Notes under the pieces: model-generated
Database searches by the model: none
Told to the model about the DNA's origin: nothing
The model's input: only the letters and a program-made list of their open reading frames with translations
Part shown: positions 31,024 through 43,357 of the stretch, piece after piece
Numbering within the stretch: position 1 is the first letter of the stretch
How the letters are laid out: each line of letters opens with the position of its first letter
Made by a program: the position numbers and the translations under genes
Assembly: GCA_016719785.1 (NCBI GenBank)
Contig: JADJYJ010000010.1
Location: 1 to 64,000 of the forward strand
Reading direction: 5' to 3'
DNA length: 64,000 nt
From: Candidatus Amarolinea dominans
GTDB taxonomy: Bacteria; Chloroflexota; Anaerolineae; SSC4; Amarolineaceae

Positions 31024-32334
31024 ATGTTGTGCATGCCGCGTAAATTCGATTGGACGTTTATCGGCCTGGGTGTGGGCCTGGTTTTCTTGCTTGGCCTGGG
31101 CTTGATCTCGCTCTATGCTTATTTCAGCCTTGATACGACGCCCGCCAACGCACCGGACCTGACCTGGGAGGAACCGTGGCGCGCGGTGGATGGCGCGTTC
31201 GTGCCGCCAGACCTGGGACTGCTGCCCCTGGCCGGCGATGCGGTGGATGACGCCGTGCGCCGGGCGCTGGCGGCTAATGAACTCGATGCTGGCTACGCCC
31301 TGGTGGTGCAGTCGCCTGAACTGACCGATGCTCAGCGCGCCGGCCATCTCCTGCTCCTGAGCAGGTCTTTCATGACCAGCCAGCAGCCCGCCAAGTCAGC
31401 GCTCTGCTTGCGCCTGACCCAGGAGGTGATTGCGCTCAGCCCCGCGCTGCCCGACATCGCACGCGCGGAGACCGCCCTGCAGGTCGCGGAGGGCTGGCGC
31501 AAATTGCAGCAACCGAGCCTGGCACGGGTTAGCCTGGATTTGGCCGAAACCCTCGCCATCAGCAGCACCTACCTGCTCGACCCGCAGCGTGTGGACATCC
31601 TGACGCGTCTGGCTGCCGCGTACATTAAAATGGAAGACCAGCCGCAGGCGCAGGCGCTGCGCCAACTGGCGAGCAAACTACCCCCGCGCAGCGCCCCGCC
31701 CCAGCGTCCGCCTGACCTGGCGCTTGACCGCTGGCGCGCGCCGCTGGCGATTTCCGAGACCCTGACCGCCACCATCGAGGCGCGGCGCGCGACCGTGGAT
31801 GGCCTCATCAACGGGCTGCTGGCGGGCCGTCAACTGACCGATGCGGATGTCATCCGCCTGGAGCCGCAGTTGGTGGCAGAAGACGAGCAGCGCACGGCGT
31901 TCTATCGGCAGATCGCAAGCGATGCCGCGCAGATGCCGGAAACCCAGGCCGCGGCGCAATTGGCACTGACCAACTGGCTGACCTTCAAGTGGCGGGTGGC
32001 GCGGCTGGATCTGCAGGTCAGCCTGGCGCCCGCCTGGGAGGCGCAGCGGGATGAGATCGAGGCGCAACTGGTGGAGGCCAACGCCAACCTGTTTGCCCTC
32101 TACCGCGACCTGGCCAGCGCGCTGCCCGACAGCGATACCGTCAGCCGGGCGCGGTTGGAGGTGCTGCGCGCCGAAATTTTGCGCGGGCGCCTGGGGCTGT
32201 ATCCCGATTATCCATTGGATGAGCTGGTCGCGCGACTGAATGAGGCACAGGCGGGATTGGAGCCAGGCCTCGGCCCGCACGTCGCCCTGCGCAAGGTGGA
32301 TGAACACCTGATCTTCACACTGGCAACCCGGTAG
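31024..32334 (+). CDS. Hypothetical membrane-anchored helical protein
   Basis: N-terminal TM (FIGLGVGLVFLLGLGLISLYAYF) and a long Ala/Leu/Arg-rich helical body. No recognisable motifs. Confidence 0.5.
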   Translation: MLCMPRKFDWTFIGLGVGLVFLLGLGLISLYAYFSLDTTPANAPDLTWEEPWRAVDGAFVPPDLGLLPLAGDAVDDAVRRALAANELDAGYALVVQSPELTDAQRAGHLLLLSRSFMTSQQPAKSALCLRLTQEVIALSPALPDIARAETALQVAEGWRKLQQPSLARVSLDLAETLAISSTYLLDPQRVDILTRLAAAYIKMEDQPQAQALRQLASKLPPRSAPPQRPPDLALDRWRAPLAISETLTATIEARRATVDGLINGLLAGRQLTDADVIRLEPQLVAEDEQRTAFYRQIASDAAQMPETQAAAQLALTNWLTFKWRVARLDLQVSLAPAWEAQRDEIEAQLVEANANLFALYRDLASALPDSDTVSRARLEVLRAEILRGRLGLYPDYPLDELVARLNEAQAGLEPGLGPHVALRKVDEHLIFTLATR

Positions 32335-32345
32335 GACCCAAGAGA

Positions 32346-33215
32346 ATGCCACATACATTGTACATTGTGGGCACGCCGCTGGGCAACGCGGCCGATTGGT
32401 CGCTGCGAGCGCAGCAGGTGCTGGCGGCAACGCCGGTCATTGCGGCCGAGGACACGCGCGTCACCGCGCGGCTGCTGGCCCACTGCGGCATCAGCGGGCC
32501 GCGGCTGCTCACCTACACCGACGCCTTTGCGCCCAAGAAGGCGCAGCGCCAGGCCGAAGTGCTGGCGGCCCTGCAGGCAGGCGATGTCGCGCTGGTGTCG
32601 GACGCCGGGATGCCGGGCATTGCCGATCCCGGTTCCGAACTGGTGCAGGCGGCCATCGCGGCCGGGCATCGGATCGTGCCGGTGCCCGGTCCCTCGGCGG
32701 TGGTAACTGCCCTGGCGGCGTCGGGTTTACCCGGCGAACGTTTCCTCTTCCTGGGCTTCCTGCCCCGTCAGCGCGCTGAGCGGCAGCAACTGCTGCGTCA
32801 GGCCGCGGATGAGCCGGGCGCGCTGGTCTGCTTCGAGGCGCCGCATCGCCTGCTGGACTGCCTGCAAGACCTGGTTGCGGTGTTGGGCGACCGCCGCGTG
32901 ACCCTGGCGCGTGAATTGACCAAGGAGCATGAGGAGATCTGGCACGGTCGCTTGGGCGAGGCGCTGGCACGGTCGCAAACCCAGGCCCCGCGTGGGGAAT
33001 ATGTGATCGTCATCGAAGGCGCGCCGCCCGCGCCGGCCGCGGAGAGCGGCGCCTGGCCGGTTGGTCAGGTGCGCGAGGCGCTCGCCATCCTGGCGCAGGA
33101 AGGGATTGACACCCAGATGGCGCCGCGGCTGGTCGCGCGGCTGGCCGGCTGGCGCAAAAAGGACGTCTACCGCCTGCTGGTGGCAGACAGGGATGCCGCT
33201 GACCCCGAGGGGTGA
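32346..33215 (+). CDS. rsmI: 16S rRNA (cytidine1402-2'-O)-methyltransferase
   Basis: MPHTLYIVGTPLGNAADWSLRA, with AAEDTRVT, VSDAGMPGIADPG and FLGFLP motifs of the RsmI tetrapyrrole-methylase fold. Confidence 0.85.
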   Translation: MPHTLYIVGTPLGNAADWSLRAQQVLAATPVIAAEDTRVTARLLAHCGISGPRLLTYTDAFAPKKAQRQAEVLAALQAGDVALVSDAGMPGIADPGSELVQAAIAAGHRIVPVPGPSAVVTALAASGLPGERFLFLGFLPRQRAERQQLLRQAADEPGALVCFEAPHRLLDCLQDLVAVLGDRRVTLARELTKEHEEIWHGRLGEALARSQTQAPRGEYVIVIEGAPPAPAAESGAWPVGQVREALAILAQEGIDTQMAPRLVARLAGWRKKDVYRLLVADRDAADPEG

Positions 33216-33300
33216 CGCCTGACCGCTATACGCTCGACCGGCTGGCCGACGACTTGCTGGATTTCGCCGAGCCGGCCGACCTGCAGCGCTGGTTTACCCG

Positions 33301-33711
33301 TTACACGACGCAGTAGCCGCACACTGTCTCCCCAGTGAAAGCGAGGCGGCGGCTGGCAAGGGGCGGTTGGAGTAGACGCGACGACGCGATGGCTCCTGCC
33401 GCTCCCTTGTGTTCCTCGCCCCGGTTGCCGACGTAGCTACGCATCCACTCCTGCGCCGACCCCGTCAGGTTGAAGCCCACCGTGCCGCCTGCCACGTCGT
33501 CCAGCACCTGCCCGGTGAAGCGGCGCTGCGTCGGCGTCGTACCGAAGGTGTAGCGGCTCTCGCCCCACGGCTTGTAGCGAATCTCCGACAGCCGGCCGCC
33601 GGTCTCGCTGGCTGTCAGCGCCGTGCTGCCGAGATGATCGGTCGCCAGCCAGCGCACCACCCCGTTGACCCGCAGCGCAATGCGCTGACCCCCGGCCTGG
33701 TAATACATCTT
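33301..33711 (-). pseudogene. Orphan RHS core-end fragment with a short divergent C-terminal tail
   Basis: MYYQAGGQRIALRVNGVVRWLATDHLGSTALTASETGGRLSEIRYKPWGESRYTFGTTPTQRRFTGQ is the conserved RHS C-terminal core. It has no upstream repeats. Confidence 0.55.
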
Positions 33712-33748
33712 CACCTCATCACCTGCCTTGCGAGCAAGACAAACAATC

Positions 33749-34137
33749 CTAATCCTCGAACTGCTCGCGCTGCAGACAATCCTTGTAGACGGCATGCCAG
33801 ACGTATGGCTCAAAGCTGCCGAGATCATCGTCCACGACGAATACGCCATTGACAGGCCTACTCTTGACAATCACGATGTCGGCTTGGTCATACTTATGAC
33901 GGCCGAAGAAGAAAAGATCCGTGATTGTTTCAAGCTTGCCGCCTACGAGATTGGGGCATGGCTGATGGTACCAGGCCTTTCGCTCAGACTCCGGATCGCA
34001 TCGTCGCGCAGCGTCCCCACGGGCACCTGTTTTCTCGCCTCCTCCAACGGCGATGTATAGCATCCAGCTACCAGTGTGACCAACAAGATCACGACACTCA
34101 CTGCTCCCAGTCTGCCGGCAACACTGATATGTTGCAT
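33749..34137 (-). pseudogene. Small lipoprotein directly downstream of RHS-1 (candidate immunity protein), frameshifted
   Basis: ORF 33943-34194 gives signal peptide plus lipobox VILLVTLVAGC. It continues in ORF 33749-34063 in another frame. Confidence 0.4.
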
Positions 34138-34160
34138 AACAAGCCTCCTGGCAGCGTCCA

Positions 34161-36687
34161 TCAGAACCAACGATCCAGCATGAAAAAGTTCCATGCGTGT
34201 GTGATGTCCGTCAACCCCAGGACACGGAATCGAACACCGAGCGCAGCCCCGCGATTTCCGATGCTGACATCTGACCAGCTATTGCGCCAATCGCCATGAA
34301 ATTGCGTGATTTCGCGCCCCGTGTTGAGCAAACTGCCGCCCGGGCCGTACTCCGCCCCCATGGTCAGCGCCCAAGCCCAATGATGCACATTCGCATCGTC
34401 ATCTGAGGTGCCCATGAACGAGGCAGGCAACCCCTGCCGATCAAAATAAACCCAGGTCCGTATGGGATTCCCTGCATTGCTGACCGCCGGCCAAGCGTTT
34501 GGCGCTTCCAAGCGATTGGCTAGACCTCCGAACAGGCTACCAATGTCTCTGGTGAACATACCCTCTTCGCCAGCTTTGTACCAACCGGTCAAGCGTTCCA
34601 GCGCGCTTGGCATGTCATTCCATGACCAGTTAGCAGGTCGGTTGTCTCGGAATACGCTCTCCAGGTTTCCCTGGACGTAGTTACCGTCAGCGTCGTAGAA
34701 GACTGACCAATTCCACTCGCCAGGAAAGGCTATCGAGAACAGACGAATCAAAATGTCTTCGGCCGTCGGCGCACGATGATGCATCTGCTCAAATTCGTCT
34801 TGCCACGCCTGATCCAACGGGTCGTGGCCTGATGGATCGATAAAGCGTAGAGGATTATTCCGGCAGTAAGAGTAGCGATTGAGATTTTGCGGATCGCCAG
34901 GATTGGGTATAATGCTGTCGGGTTGGATCCACCGGTTAAGATAAGGGTCGTAGTATCTGGCGTTGTAGAAATACAACCCAATGCTCGCATCCTCGCGTTG
35001 ACCCGTGAACCGGTAGGTCGTCGGCGTCGCGCCGACGGGCGTCCCTCGATTCTCACCCCACGGCTTGTACCACAACTCCCCCGTGCGCTCACCGCTGGCG
35101 CCATTGGCCGTCACCGTCGTGCTACCCAGGTGATCGCGCAACAGCCAGTACAACACCCCCGCCACGCGCACGGCCACCCGCTGACCGTTGAAATAGTAGT
35201 ATTTCGTGTGCGTCGTCGCGCCGCCAACCACCTTCTTCTCGTACAGGTTGCCGATCGTGGTGACCGTCTCCCCGTTCATCACGCTCTTGACCCGGTTCCC
35301 ATCCGCGTCATACACGAAGCTCGCCGTTGCTGCCCCGCTGATGCTGACCAGGCGATTCTCGTCATCATACGTCAGGGTGTAGGTGTTCCCCCCGATCGTG
35401 CGCCGCCGCATGTTGCCGTTCTGATCGTAACAGTAACTGCTGCCGTTGCTTGTGCTCACCACCGCATGCTTCTTCACCAACGCACCTTCCGGGCAACTGC
35501 CCGCCTGCGCCACCCCGTAGCTGTACGTCCCCTGCCCCGTCTTGCTGATCAGGTTGCCCGCATTGTTGTAGCTGTAGCTCTCATCGTACACCCAGCTCCC
35601 GGTCCCATCGTCGTAGCCCGCGCAAATCGCATCACCCGTGAAGCCGCGCAACAACCGATCCAACCCGTCGTAGCTGAAGCACTGCCGCTGACCGCTATTG
35701 CGCGCATCCACGATCCAGCGCACATTGCCGGCCGTATCGTAGCCATACGTCAAGTCCTGCAAACTGCTGGCATCCGCCGACGTTCCTGCCTTCACCTTCT
35801 GCAGGCGCCCCAGTCCGCCGCTCGCTGTCCAGGGATGGTAGGTGAACGCCATCTGCACCACCGGATTGTTGTTGGTGCTCTGCTTGCCCAGCTTCAACTG
35901 CGTCAGCCTTCCGGCCTCATCATACACCGCATTCCCGCTGCGCACATAATCCACACTGCTGTACATCCGCCCCGGCAGCCCCTGCGCTGTGTACGCCACG
36001 TTGACCGTCTCCGCACTCTGGGTCGGGTAAACCACCCGCAGCACCCGGTCCGCCGAATCATAGGTGTAACCGAGGGTGTACGCCTCCCCATCAATCGTGT
36101 GCGTTTCCGCCGTCACCCGCCCGCGCTTGTCGTATGTCCAACTCGCGCTGTTGTTGACTTCGCCGCCCACATACGCCCTCATCCCGGTGCGCCGACCCTT
36201 GCCGAACTGCGTGGCCCCATCGAACGCATCATAGCTGTAATCGGCCAACACCATCCCGCTGCTGCTGCCGCTCTGCCATTTCTGCGTCAGCCGGTTCCAG
36301 TCCGTCATAGCCAAACCCTATCGTGACATTCCGCGCATCGGTCTGCGCCACCAGGTTCCCGGCCGTGTCGTACGTGTAACTCCACGCACCCATGTCCGGG
36401 TCGTTCATACTCGTCTTGCGCCCCAGCAGGTCGTACGTGATCGTCGTCACCGCCCCATCCGGCCCGGTCATCTGCAGCAGCCGGTCGGCGATGTCGTAAG
36501 CATAGGTCGTCACCCCGTTCGCATTCGCATTCCAGGCCGGCGTCGGACACGTGGCCGTGCCGCTGCCCAGTCGGTCGCCAGCCAGCGGGCGCGGGCGGGG
36601 CGGGGGGCTCGGGGCGCTTTGCGCTGATACCGTCGTCGCCAGAGTGGTAACAAGCATCAACTCTGCCGTGCAAAAAGGGGACATCAA
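34161..36687 (-). pseudogene. RHS/YD-repeat protein (about 840 aa) with signal peptide and about 240-aa C-terminal domain; one frameshift at about 36300
   Basis: ORF 36229-36687 carries the signal peptide and the first YD repeats, and ORF 34161-36314 carries the rest. The core ends ...YRFTGQREDASIGLYFYNARYYDPYLNRWIQPD...RFIDPSGHDP, followed by the C-terminal domain. Confidence 0.8.
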
Positions 36688-36765
36688 ACACCTCCTCTAC
36701 CCTAGATAACGCTACTTTATCACAGCGTTACTTTACCCAACTTTGGTAGTGGTGTCCAGTCCTCA

Positions 36766-37177
36766 TTTCACATCGTACGGTGTCAAATCGAGCAGATTCA
36801 GAGGAATCCACCCTTCAAGAGAACCTGAGGATTTGACAAAGGCCCAGAATTCTTGATCGGTATTTGACCAGGCAAAGTCCCAAATGGTAACTTCTTTGTA
36901 GCATGGCAGAACCCCCAACAGATTACCTCTGTCACCCATGTATGCACTGTTTGGATCTGAAGGCTTGACACCGGGCAGTTCCCAGATACTAATCCCGCCT
37001 GGATCTAATTTCGGATCCCCTGTACATCCAATACTCGCCTTTTTTGGCAGTACTTGTAGTTCGTGTGGTGTTGTTGGTGTTCTCTCGGGGAGGGGTCGGT
37101 TGAGGCGATATCAAGGCGCATCCGTTCAGCGTCAACATAAATAAACACATCGTTATGGTCAATATGGTATTCAGCAT
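36766..37177 (-). pseudogene. Small lipoprotein starting 4 nt after the giant RHS stop (candidate immunity protein), frameshifted
   Basis: MLNTILTITMCLFMLTLNGC lipobox in ORF 36989-37270. After a frame change near 37000 it continues ...GCTGDPKLDPGGISIWELPGVK...WIPLNLLDLTPYDVK* to 36766. Low-GC region. Confidence 0.45.
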
Positions 37178-37181
37178 GGCG

Positions 37182-40100
37182 CTACCTCGCCCACGGCTGA
37201 AAGTAGTACCATGGCACACGATGACCAGGCGAGTTGCTCGCCCAAAGCCCGGATCGCGCATCCACAGCATAAGTCACGGCCAAGCCAACCTCTGCCATGC
37301 TGATGATTCCATCATACAACATGGACCCGTGGCTTACCGCCACATACCCCAAGTTCAGATCGGGATTACTCAACTCGCTGAGAGGGCCATCTCGAAGCCA
37401 ATTGCTGGCGTAACCAGCAGCTGGCCCAAAGAAATACCCCAGGTAAAAAAGTCCTGCGTAATGATGGCTTGGATTGGGGTCATCAACCAATGATGCTCTC
37501 CAGTTGGCTGTGCCTTCGAAGAGAGGTTCATATTGGGCCCATGCAGCGCCAGGGTTGGTTGCCATCTGCCAGGCTGCAGGGATGGCATGGCCAAGCGGTA
37601 CACCTCCCCAAATAAAACCAATGGCTTGGGCGTATAATCCTTCCTCGCCGGGTGCATAATACGAGGCCAGTTGTTGAAGATGAGTAACAAAACGATCCAG
37701 TCCTGCAGATGGAGCGCCTTGCCATGATGTGCTACCTTCCCAGAGTCCTTCCCTATTGGCGTGATACCTTGTCCAATCCTCATCTGTCCACGAACCGTTA
37801 GCCCCACTGCCGGCAAACAAGATCGAAAAGAACCGATCTCGGCGATCTTGGTCAGTTGGCGCACGATCATGCGCGGCGTAGAAGGCTTGCTCCCACGCAG
37901 CATCTATGGGGTCAAATCCACTCGGATCCACAAAACGTAAAGGTCGGTTCCCGACATAGCTGTACCGATTCAAACTTTGCGGATCTTTGCGGCTGGGGAA
38001 TGATCGTATCCGCGGCGAGGAATCGCCCGATGACCGGGTCATACCATCGCGCCTGGTAGAACAGCAACCCTGATCCACTATCCCGCCGCTGCCCCGTGAA
38101 GTTGAACGTCGTCGGCGTCGTGCCCGCCGTGTAACGCGGCGCGCCGTAGGGGTAGTAGCGAATCTCGGTGTTGGTGTTCAACCGATTCCCCGCGCTGTCC
38201 AGCGTCAGCGCGGTGGAGCCGAGATGATCCGTCAGCAGATAGTAGAGTACACCGCCGCTGTTCTCCGCCACGCGTGCGGCGCCAGCGTAATAGTACTTCT
38301 TGACCGTCCCGTTGTCTACTTCGTAAGTGTTCCCTACGAAGACCCGGGTCGCGCCGCTGATGGTCTCCTTGACCCGGTTGCCGTCGCCGTCGTACACGTA
38401 ACTCGCCGTCACGCCCCCGGACATCGCAGTCAGCCGATTCTCCGCGTCGTAGGTCAACGTGATGTCCTGGCTGCCGCTGATGCGCCGGGTGGCGTTGCCA
38501 TTCTGGTCGTACCAGTATTTCTGATAGCCTGCCGTCGTGCCCCCGACATGGGTCACAGCATGCTTGTGTGCGCCATTCTGATAGTAGAGGTTCGTGCCTG
38601 TGCTCTCGAAATTGGTGATGTTGCCCGCATTGCTGTAGGCGTAATTGCGCTGGCTGTAAGCTCCGTAGTTTCCATTGTTGGCAACGCAGGTCCCCCCGCT
38701 CAGCGTGCATGCCGTTTGCAGACGATCCAGTCTGTCATACGTGAAGCGCAGCGCCTGGCTCCCGCCGTACGCCGCCGCATCCGTAATCGTCAGCACGTTG
38801 CCCGCATCATCGTACGTGTAGCTGATGTTCTGCCGGTTATCGTAGTTCGGACTCGTGCCTGCCTTCAGGCTCAGCAGGCGGAAGTTCTCGGCCGCACTGT
38901 AGGCGTACAGTTGTTTCACCACCCCGGTCGTGCTGCCCAGCCAGCGTTCCATCACCTGCCCGCGTTCGTTGTACTGCGTCTTGCCGACATAGTAGGTGCT
39001 GCCGTTGCTGCGCACTGTGTTCAGCAACCCCTGCGTCGTGTACGCATAGTGTACCTGCTCGCCAATCTGACTCGCACTGCCGCCGGGGTATTTCATCCAC
39101 AGCGGCCGATCCGCCGAGTCGTATCCCCACTGTGTCACGAAGGTTCCGCCGCCCGTTCCGTTGATGGCCTTGCTCTCCTGCGTTACCCGTCCGCGGCCGT
39201 CGTAGGTCCAACTCGCGCTGCCGGAGCTGTCGCTCATCCCGGTGCGTCTCCCCTTGCCGGTTGTGCCGCTGTCATACGTGTAACCCACCGCCGTCGCACT
39301 GCATCCACTCGACCCGCTGTAGGTCTTGCCCTTCACCCGGTTGAGGCCATCGTAGCTGAAGGTGATGACGCAACCCCGCGCATCGGTCTGCGTCTGCAGA
39401 TTGCCCGCCGTATCGTAGGTGTAGCTCCACGCACCCATGTCCGGGTCGCTCATGCTGGTCTTGCGGCCGGCCAGGTCGTACCCGATCGTCGTCACCGCCC
39501 CGTCCGGCCCCGTCATCTGCTTCAGCCGGTCGGCCACATCGTAGCTGTAGCTGGCCTGCCCGTAGACCGTCGCTCCCCAGTTCGGCGCAGCCCCCGGCGC
39601 CAGCGTCAGATCATACTGCTTGACACTCGCCAACCGCCCAAAGGCATCGCTCTCCGAGATCGTCTGGTGGTTCAGCTCGTCCAGCATCGCCGTCTGTCGA
39701 TTCTGGTAGTAGGTGCGCACGGTGCTGCCGTCCGCCTGCGTGACCTGCGTCACCCGCCCCAACCGATCGGACGTTGACTGCGTCGCGGCCAGCCCACTCC
39801 AGTTCACCGCCTGGTACGTCACTCCGCTCACCGTACTCGTGTACGGCGCCGAGGCCGCCGCCAGGTTGCCCAGCCCATCGTAGCGCTGGCTCACCAGGCT
39901 CCACTGGCTGCTGCTGTACTCCTTCTGCACCTGCCGCACGCGCCCCAACCCATCGTAGAACGTGCGCTCCTCCAGGTAGGTCGCACTCGCGCTGGCGTCG
40001 CCATTCCCATCATCGCGCAGCAAATGCCGCTGCACATACAACCCCTGGTCCGTCGTGTAGACAATCTTCTCCGTCGCCGGGTTGCTGAACCCCGCCCCCG

Positions 40101-43100
40101 GCTTACGCACCTCCGTCAGCCGGCCAAACGTATCGTACGTATAGAGCGTGACCGCCTCGTTGGCGTCGGTCTCGCTCTGTATTTGTCCCACCAACCCGCT
40201 GCCCCCGCCGTCGCATTCATGCCGTAGCGCGATGGTCGTCGTCAGCGTCGCGCCGCCCAACTGACAGGCCTGCACCGTTACGCTCATCGCATAGGCATGA
40301 AACGTGCTGTCGAAGGCCGTCGTGACCACGCTGCCATTGGCCGCCGTCTCGCTCCAACGGTTGCCCCATTGGTCATAGCCGTAAGCCGTCGACCGCATCC
40401 AGTTCGCGTCACACCCCGTGCCGCCCTGTCCCGCCTGCCACACCTCTCTCACCTGCCCAGCCGTCGGCGCCTGGTTGTACGCCGCATAGCCGCTGTAGTT
40501 GTCGTAGATGGTGCGCGTCTGCCCCTGGCATGTCCCGCTTTCGCTCCCCGCGAACAGCTTCTCCTCCGCCACCCGATTGACGATGTAGGTCGTGCCGTCA
40601 TTGCGTGGGGAATAGACCCGCTTGATCGTTCGGTATGGTATCGTTGGCGCGGCCTCGCTGTATAGCCGGGTCAACAGCAGATTGCCATACGCCGCATCGT
40701 AGGTGTTGACGCTTTTGGTGTAACGCAGCGGCGGGTCCGTGCCGTTGGGGTCCACAACGTATTCGGTCTTGTCTTGCAGATAGACGAAGTGCATCCCGCC
40801 CGGCGTCCCCACGCTGGTCTCGTTCCAGGTCTGCAGCGAACGCGCCAGCAAGTTGTTGGTGACGCCCAAACCCGCACGCGTCTCTGTCTTGGACAGCTTG
40901 CCTTTCCAGCGGTGCTGATTGGTCGTGGTGTGGAACCACTGCTTCAGCCGCGTGTCCGGCTGACCGCTGCCGATCAAGGCGCCGCTCCCTACCAGCGTCA
41001 TTTCCGCTTCGGCAAAGCCCCCCGCCTCGTTGTCCCAGGTCGTCGTGTACCAGTAGCTCGTCACGATGTCCGGATCGCTCCCGCCCCCACGCCGCCGCTC
41101 CTGCTGCACCACCATTCCGCCGCTCGAACCGCCGTACGTAACCTCCACCCGTCCCTGGTAGCCGTTGTTCACCGTCACCATGTGCCCATCCGTCGTGCCG
41201 CTCCCGTAGGTGTAGCTGGTTGGCGGCAGCGCATTGCTGCCGGTCCCATAGTGCGTGATCGTACTCAAGTACAGCCGGCTCTGCGACGGCGCCGCCGGGT
41301 TGATGAACGCCGTCATGCCCAACACCAGTTTGTGCAGCAGCGTATTGTTGGCCATCACCTCCACCCGCTGCAGGTACTTTCGTGTCCAGAAAACCTGGTA
41401 GCCGGTCTCGTCGAAGTGCTGAGCCCGGTCCTCCCGGTTCAGATAGAATAGCTTCAGCTTGAAGGCGCCGTTTGGCCCATAGCTGATCTCCTTCACCCGC
41501 ACCGCACGCACCTGGATGCGCGCATCGGCCGTGTAGTCGCGGTTCCAACAGTCTGCCGGCACATTCACCGCCAACAACGAACCCTCATAGTCATAGCTGA
41601 ACGTCAGACGATTAGGCGTCGTTGGCGTGGTGTCGCGCACCTCGGTCAACACCCACTTGGTGAAGCGATGCACCACCCGCAGTTCCGAAGGCGTCCAGTC
41701 TCCATTGCTGCAATCGCGCACATACAGCGCCGGCTCGAAGTGATAGGTAATGCCGCCCTCGGTCGTCACCTCCCACACCAGGTTGTCCCGGTTGTACAGC
41801 GCCGGCGTCTGGGGCAGATCAATCGTCTTGAAGGGCGTCGGCGTACTGGGGTCAAAACTTCCATCGACTGGATAGTCAGGGTTGGAAGCGGTGGGCCGGC
41901 GAATCTTCAGGAAGGGGTCCTGCACGCTGTAGAAAATCTCGCCGTGTTTCTCCAATTCATGGGTCACGCCGTTCAGGGTCAGGTGTACTTTCCCATGCCG
42001 TCTGGAGTCAAATCGTGCAGGATGTAGCTCAACCCACCGATGTCCCAGCCCCACCCGGCCAGTTGATGATGACCGGCGCCGGCCAGGCTGCGGCTGCTAT
42101 AGTCCAGGCTTAGCCCAGGCGCCAGTCCGCCCGGCCCCGGCGGCGCTGCGATCGGGTAGCTCACGGTCCAGGCCCCGTTGTACAACTGCGACTGCACCCC
42201 TTCGATCCCCGGCGCAGGCTCTGGCACAATGGCGTTGCCTTGCGCAAACAGCGTCAAATGGGTCAGGGTGGTGATCAGCCGCCTTTGCTCCTGATCCATG
42301 CTCGTTGGCAAGACCACCCAACGCCCGTCGGCCGCATCCTGGAAGAACAGCGAAGCGCCCGGTGGCCAGGGCGTTTGCTCATCGCCAGCCGCCGGATCGC
42401 GATAGCGCAGCGTCAACCCCACCGCAAACTGTGTCACCGGCAGTCCCGACATCTCCGTGGCGCTCAACTCGAACAGGAAATCAAGGTTCGCCGGCTGATC
42501 GGGATCGCTCTCGTGCGGGTGTAGCGCACCAGGGTCGGTGCGCTGACCGTACCAGCCGGAATCGTGAGCACCACCCGCCCATCGCTGCTCTGCAACCGGC
42601 TCTCCTGATCAGGCATCACCCACACCTCATCCGGCCCCGGCCCCGGCGTCCAGGTGGCGTCGGCGTCGGCGTACACCCCTCATCATCCTGGCAGGGGTGA
42701 CGGTGCAGCCGTCGGCGTTGGCGTCGCCGTCGGCGTCCAGGTGGCGGTCGGCGTTGGCGTCACTCCTCATCCTCGGTGGCGTGGCCGTCGGCGTCGGTGT
42801 ACACTCCTCATCCTGGCAGGGCGGCGGCTCGGCCGTCGGCGTGGCGGTCGGCGGTTCGGCCGTGGGCGTCGGCGCGCAGTCCTCGCCCAGGCAGGGCGCC
42901 GCGGTGATCGTGATCGCAGCGCTGGCCGTCACCCCTGCGCCCACCTCCTCGCTCACGATGGCCGCGGTGTTGGTGATGACCTGCCCGCTGACCGCACCCA
43001 GCGCCTGCGCCTGGAACGTGCCGGTCAGCGTCGCGCCCGCGGCCAGTTGGCCGATGACCCACTCCAGCCGGCGCTCGGCCTCCAGGTAGCTGAAATCCCC

Positions 43101-43322
43101 CTCCCCGGCCGGCCAATAGGCCAGCTCCAGCGGCAGGGTATCGCTCACCACCAGCCCGCTCAGGGCGCGGTCGGCCAGGGTGTTGGTGATGACCACGGTG
43201 TAGGTGACCACCCCGGCCGGCTCGACCTGCCGCGGTGCCGCGGCCAGCGTCAACTGCACCGGCGCAGGCGCGGGCGTCGCACCAGGATCGGAAATGAGAT
43301 CGAAATTGGGATCAGGGGACAT
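37182..43322 (-). pseudogene. Giant (about 2,040 aa) RHS/YD-repeat polymorphic-toxin-like protein: DUF11/CARDB-like domain, PT linker, SpvB-like N-terminal region, YD repeats, RHS core, about 270-aa C-terminal domain; about 4 frameshifts
   Basis: Pieces 42627-43322 (DUF11, TPTPTATP), 42464-42676, 41979-42467 (GWGWDIGGLSYI) and 37912-42054 (dozens of YD repeats; YYYAGAARV...LTDHLGSTAL...FTGQRRDSGSGLLFYQARWYDPVIGRF). These are followed by 37182-38078 (PxxxxDPSGFDP then the C-terminal domain). The shift at about 42005 occurs in a gggaaag run. Confidence 0.85.
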
Positions 43323-43345
43323 GGGTTTAGTAGCGGTATTTATCT

Positions 43346-43357
43346 GGGGGGGGGGGG
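43346..43357. repeat. Homopolymeric G12 tract (C12 on the RHS coding strand) about 25 bp upstream of the giant RHS start
   Basis: tatctggggggggggggtagcagc. Confidence 0.85.

Noticed and set aside
33409-34060. Plus-strand ORFs (147 and 110 aa) between rsmI and the RHS region
   Set aside because: They are antisense to the RHS fragment and immunity candidate. Composition is biased and no motifs are present.
38224-39777. 517-aa plus-strand ORF inside the RHS gene
   Set aside because: It is antisense to YD repeats. There is no independent support.
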